NCBI GenBank assembly: GCA_045539425.1
Contig: JAZQFH010000013.1
Location: forward strand, 17,094-81,093
Reading direction: 5' to 3'
Length of the DNA: 64,000 bases
From: Erysipelotrichaceae bacterium
GTDB lineage: Bacteria > Bacillota_I > Bacilli_A > Erysipelotrichales > Erysipelotrichaceae
Below are positions 62,794 through 64,000 of this stretch, piece after piece. The position numbers were made by a program, and so were the translations under genes. Below the pieces are notes generated by a model. It did not search any database and was not told the DNA's origin. It worked only from the letters and a program-made list of their open reading frames with translations. Each line of letters starts with the position of its first letter. Within the stretch, counting starts at the first letter, position 1.

Positions 62794-63948
62794 TTCATTC
62801 GTAAATCTCAGATAGATCGGACTTGCCGCTCCGTTTACGTTGGCGCGGAAGATCGCTACATGATTTCCGTCCCAGCCTCCGTGGATCGCCATACCGTTGC
62901 CGATATAGACAGCGGAGTGAGTGGAAGTGTGGGATGAGTTGTAGCTGTAGTAGATGATGTCGCCCGGAAGCGGATCTTCAACAACTTCCCCTTTTGCATA
63001 AAGGGTATCGTTATTCAGCGAATACCAGCCGTTGCGGTAAATCTTACCGGTCAGCCCTGCAGCATTCAGGCAGTTCTCCACCAGCGTCAGACAGTCGGAA
63101 TACGTTCCGAGACGGGCAAATGCCTCATCCACGATTTTCTGAGCTGTCTCGTTCGGTGCAACAACCGGAGTATAGATACTCGTGTTGATGCCCGTGACGT
63201 GAAGCTGGAAGACTTCTTCGGAAGTGTTTCCGCTGGAATCCGTCGCACTGGCAGTGACTTCATAGTCGCCTCTGCCGTACTCACCGAGCTCCTTGTCAAG
63301 CACTACCTCAACATCACCGTCGACGTTATCCGTCGCCTGAATGCTGCGGCGTAAGACACCCAGATCATAGTCCTGGTTGGTGGACAGCGGTGTTAAGGTG
63401 ATCTTCGGAGCTTCCTCATCGATAAGATGAATCTGAATGTTTTTCACCGTTTTCTCGTTTCCGCTGGAATCCTTGGCGTTGACATCCAGAGTGTAAGTTC
63501 CGATTCCTTCCAGTTCGTCTTTGCCGTGTTCGGTAAATGTGACCTCTACATAAGAGTCATAGTTGTCATCGATGACCATGAGTTCCTCATAGTCGTAGTT
63601 CAGCCCTTCCTTATACGGAAGCGTGTATTCCTTTTCGGCTAAGATCCGCGGAGCCATTCTGTCTTTGAGGATGACCTTCTTGCGGATATTTATGGATCGA
63701 TTGTTTTTATAAGCCGTAATGCTCAGTGTGTATGTCTGATCCAGCTGAAGCTTATCGATGCCGATTTCTTCTTCCTTATCATTGAGGATCACAAAATCGA
63801 ATTCATCGGTCTCACTCTCTTCGACGACCTGGCTGAAGCTTTCCCCGACATAAAACACATCGGTGTCTTTCAAGTCAACATTGATTGAATTGGCTCCAGA
63901 CCAGAACATCAGTACCTGAGAGATGATGAACATGATCAGTTTTCTCAT
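62791..63948 (-). CDS. secreted protein with Ig-like (DUF5011-type) repeats and a C-terminal NlpC/P60-like cysteine peptidase domain
   Basis: The second ATG (63948, MRKLIMFIISQVLMFWSGANS) has AAGAGGT upstream. Repeats are like ATDNVDGDV..ASATDSSGN. The C-terminus has YSDCLTLVENC and HSAVYIGNG (candidate Cys/His). Confidence 0.65.
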   Translation of the reverse strand: MRKLIMFIISQVLMFWSGANSINVDLKDTDVFYVGESFSQVVEESETDEFDFVILNDKEEEIGIDKLQLDQTYTLSITAYKNNRSINIRKKVILKDRMAPRILAEKEYTLPYKEGLNYDYEELMVIDDNYDSYVEVTFTEHGKDELEGIGTYTLDVNAKDSSGNEKTVKNIQIHLIDEEAPKITLTPLSTNQDYDLGVLRRSIQATDNVDGDVEVVLDKELGEYGRGDYEVTASATDSSGNTSEEVFQLHVTGINTSIYTPVVAPNETAQKIVDEAFARLGTYSDCLTLVENCLNAAGLTGKIYRNGWYSLNNDTLYAKGEVVEDPLPGDIIYYSYNSSHTSTHSAVYIGNGMAIHGGWDGNHVAIFRANVNGAASPIYLRFTNE

Positions 63949-64000
63949 ATTACCTCTTTTCATTTTCCCGCCTTTTCAGGGTGGGTAGCTCCAATTATAC

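Noticed and set aside
1-64000. A search for rRNA, tRNA, CRISPR arrays, IS elements and toxin-antitoxin or other defence modules
   Set aside because: All intergenic regions are short, the longest being about 290 nt. They are accounted for by promoters, leaders and terminators. No cloverleaf-like, repeat-spacer or transposase-like sequences were seen.

Overview
64-kb chromosomal segment of a PolC-type Bacillota (Firmicutes) genome. The gene order is compact and somewhat Mollicutes/Erysipelotrichia-like, but I cannot confirm that taxonomy without a database search. I call 62 protein genes, 61 of them on the minus strand; the only plus-strand gene is a ttcA-like PP-loop ATPase at 32194-32946. Many junctions are stop/start overlaps (ATGA or TAATG). 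Housekeeping blocks, in minus-strand order, are: rplU-prp-rpmA-obg, ruvAB, murG-divIB, yloU-yloV-recG-plsX-rnc-polC, rimP-nusA-ylxR-ylxQ-infB-rbfA, truB-ribF, and asp23-nusB-xseAB-ispA-dxs-tlyA-recN-xerD. Four accessory regions stand out. (1) 1656-10835 is a seven-gene operon combining a GH95-like hydrolase, a Lac/cellobiose-class PTS (EIIB, EIIC, EIIA), a PRD/EIIA activator, a FadH/enoate-reductase-type Fe-S flavoenzyme and a DUF1080 protein, behind a roughly 200-nt structured leader. (2) 13184-20972 is a nucleoside-type BMP/ABC importer plus nucleoside hydrolase operon headed by an ADP-ribosylglycohydrolase fused to ConA-like beta-sandwich domains. (3) 34753-39032 is a CotH / VTC-domain / DUF4956 triad, sitting inside a roughly 9-kb block that splits the normally contiguous rbfA-truB junction. 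(4) 21062-22120 encodes a rhodanese-thioredoxin lipoprotein that overlaps xerD. I saw no rRNA, tRNA, CRISPR array, transposase or phage genes. All family assignments come from motifs I read in the translations. No search was run, so products outside the core housekeeping set are provisional. Several ORF-track starts were trimmed to internal ATGs that have Shine-Dalgarno (SD) sites.
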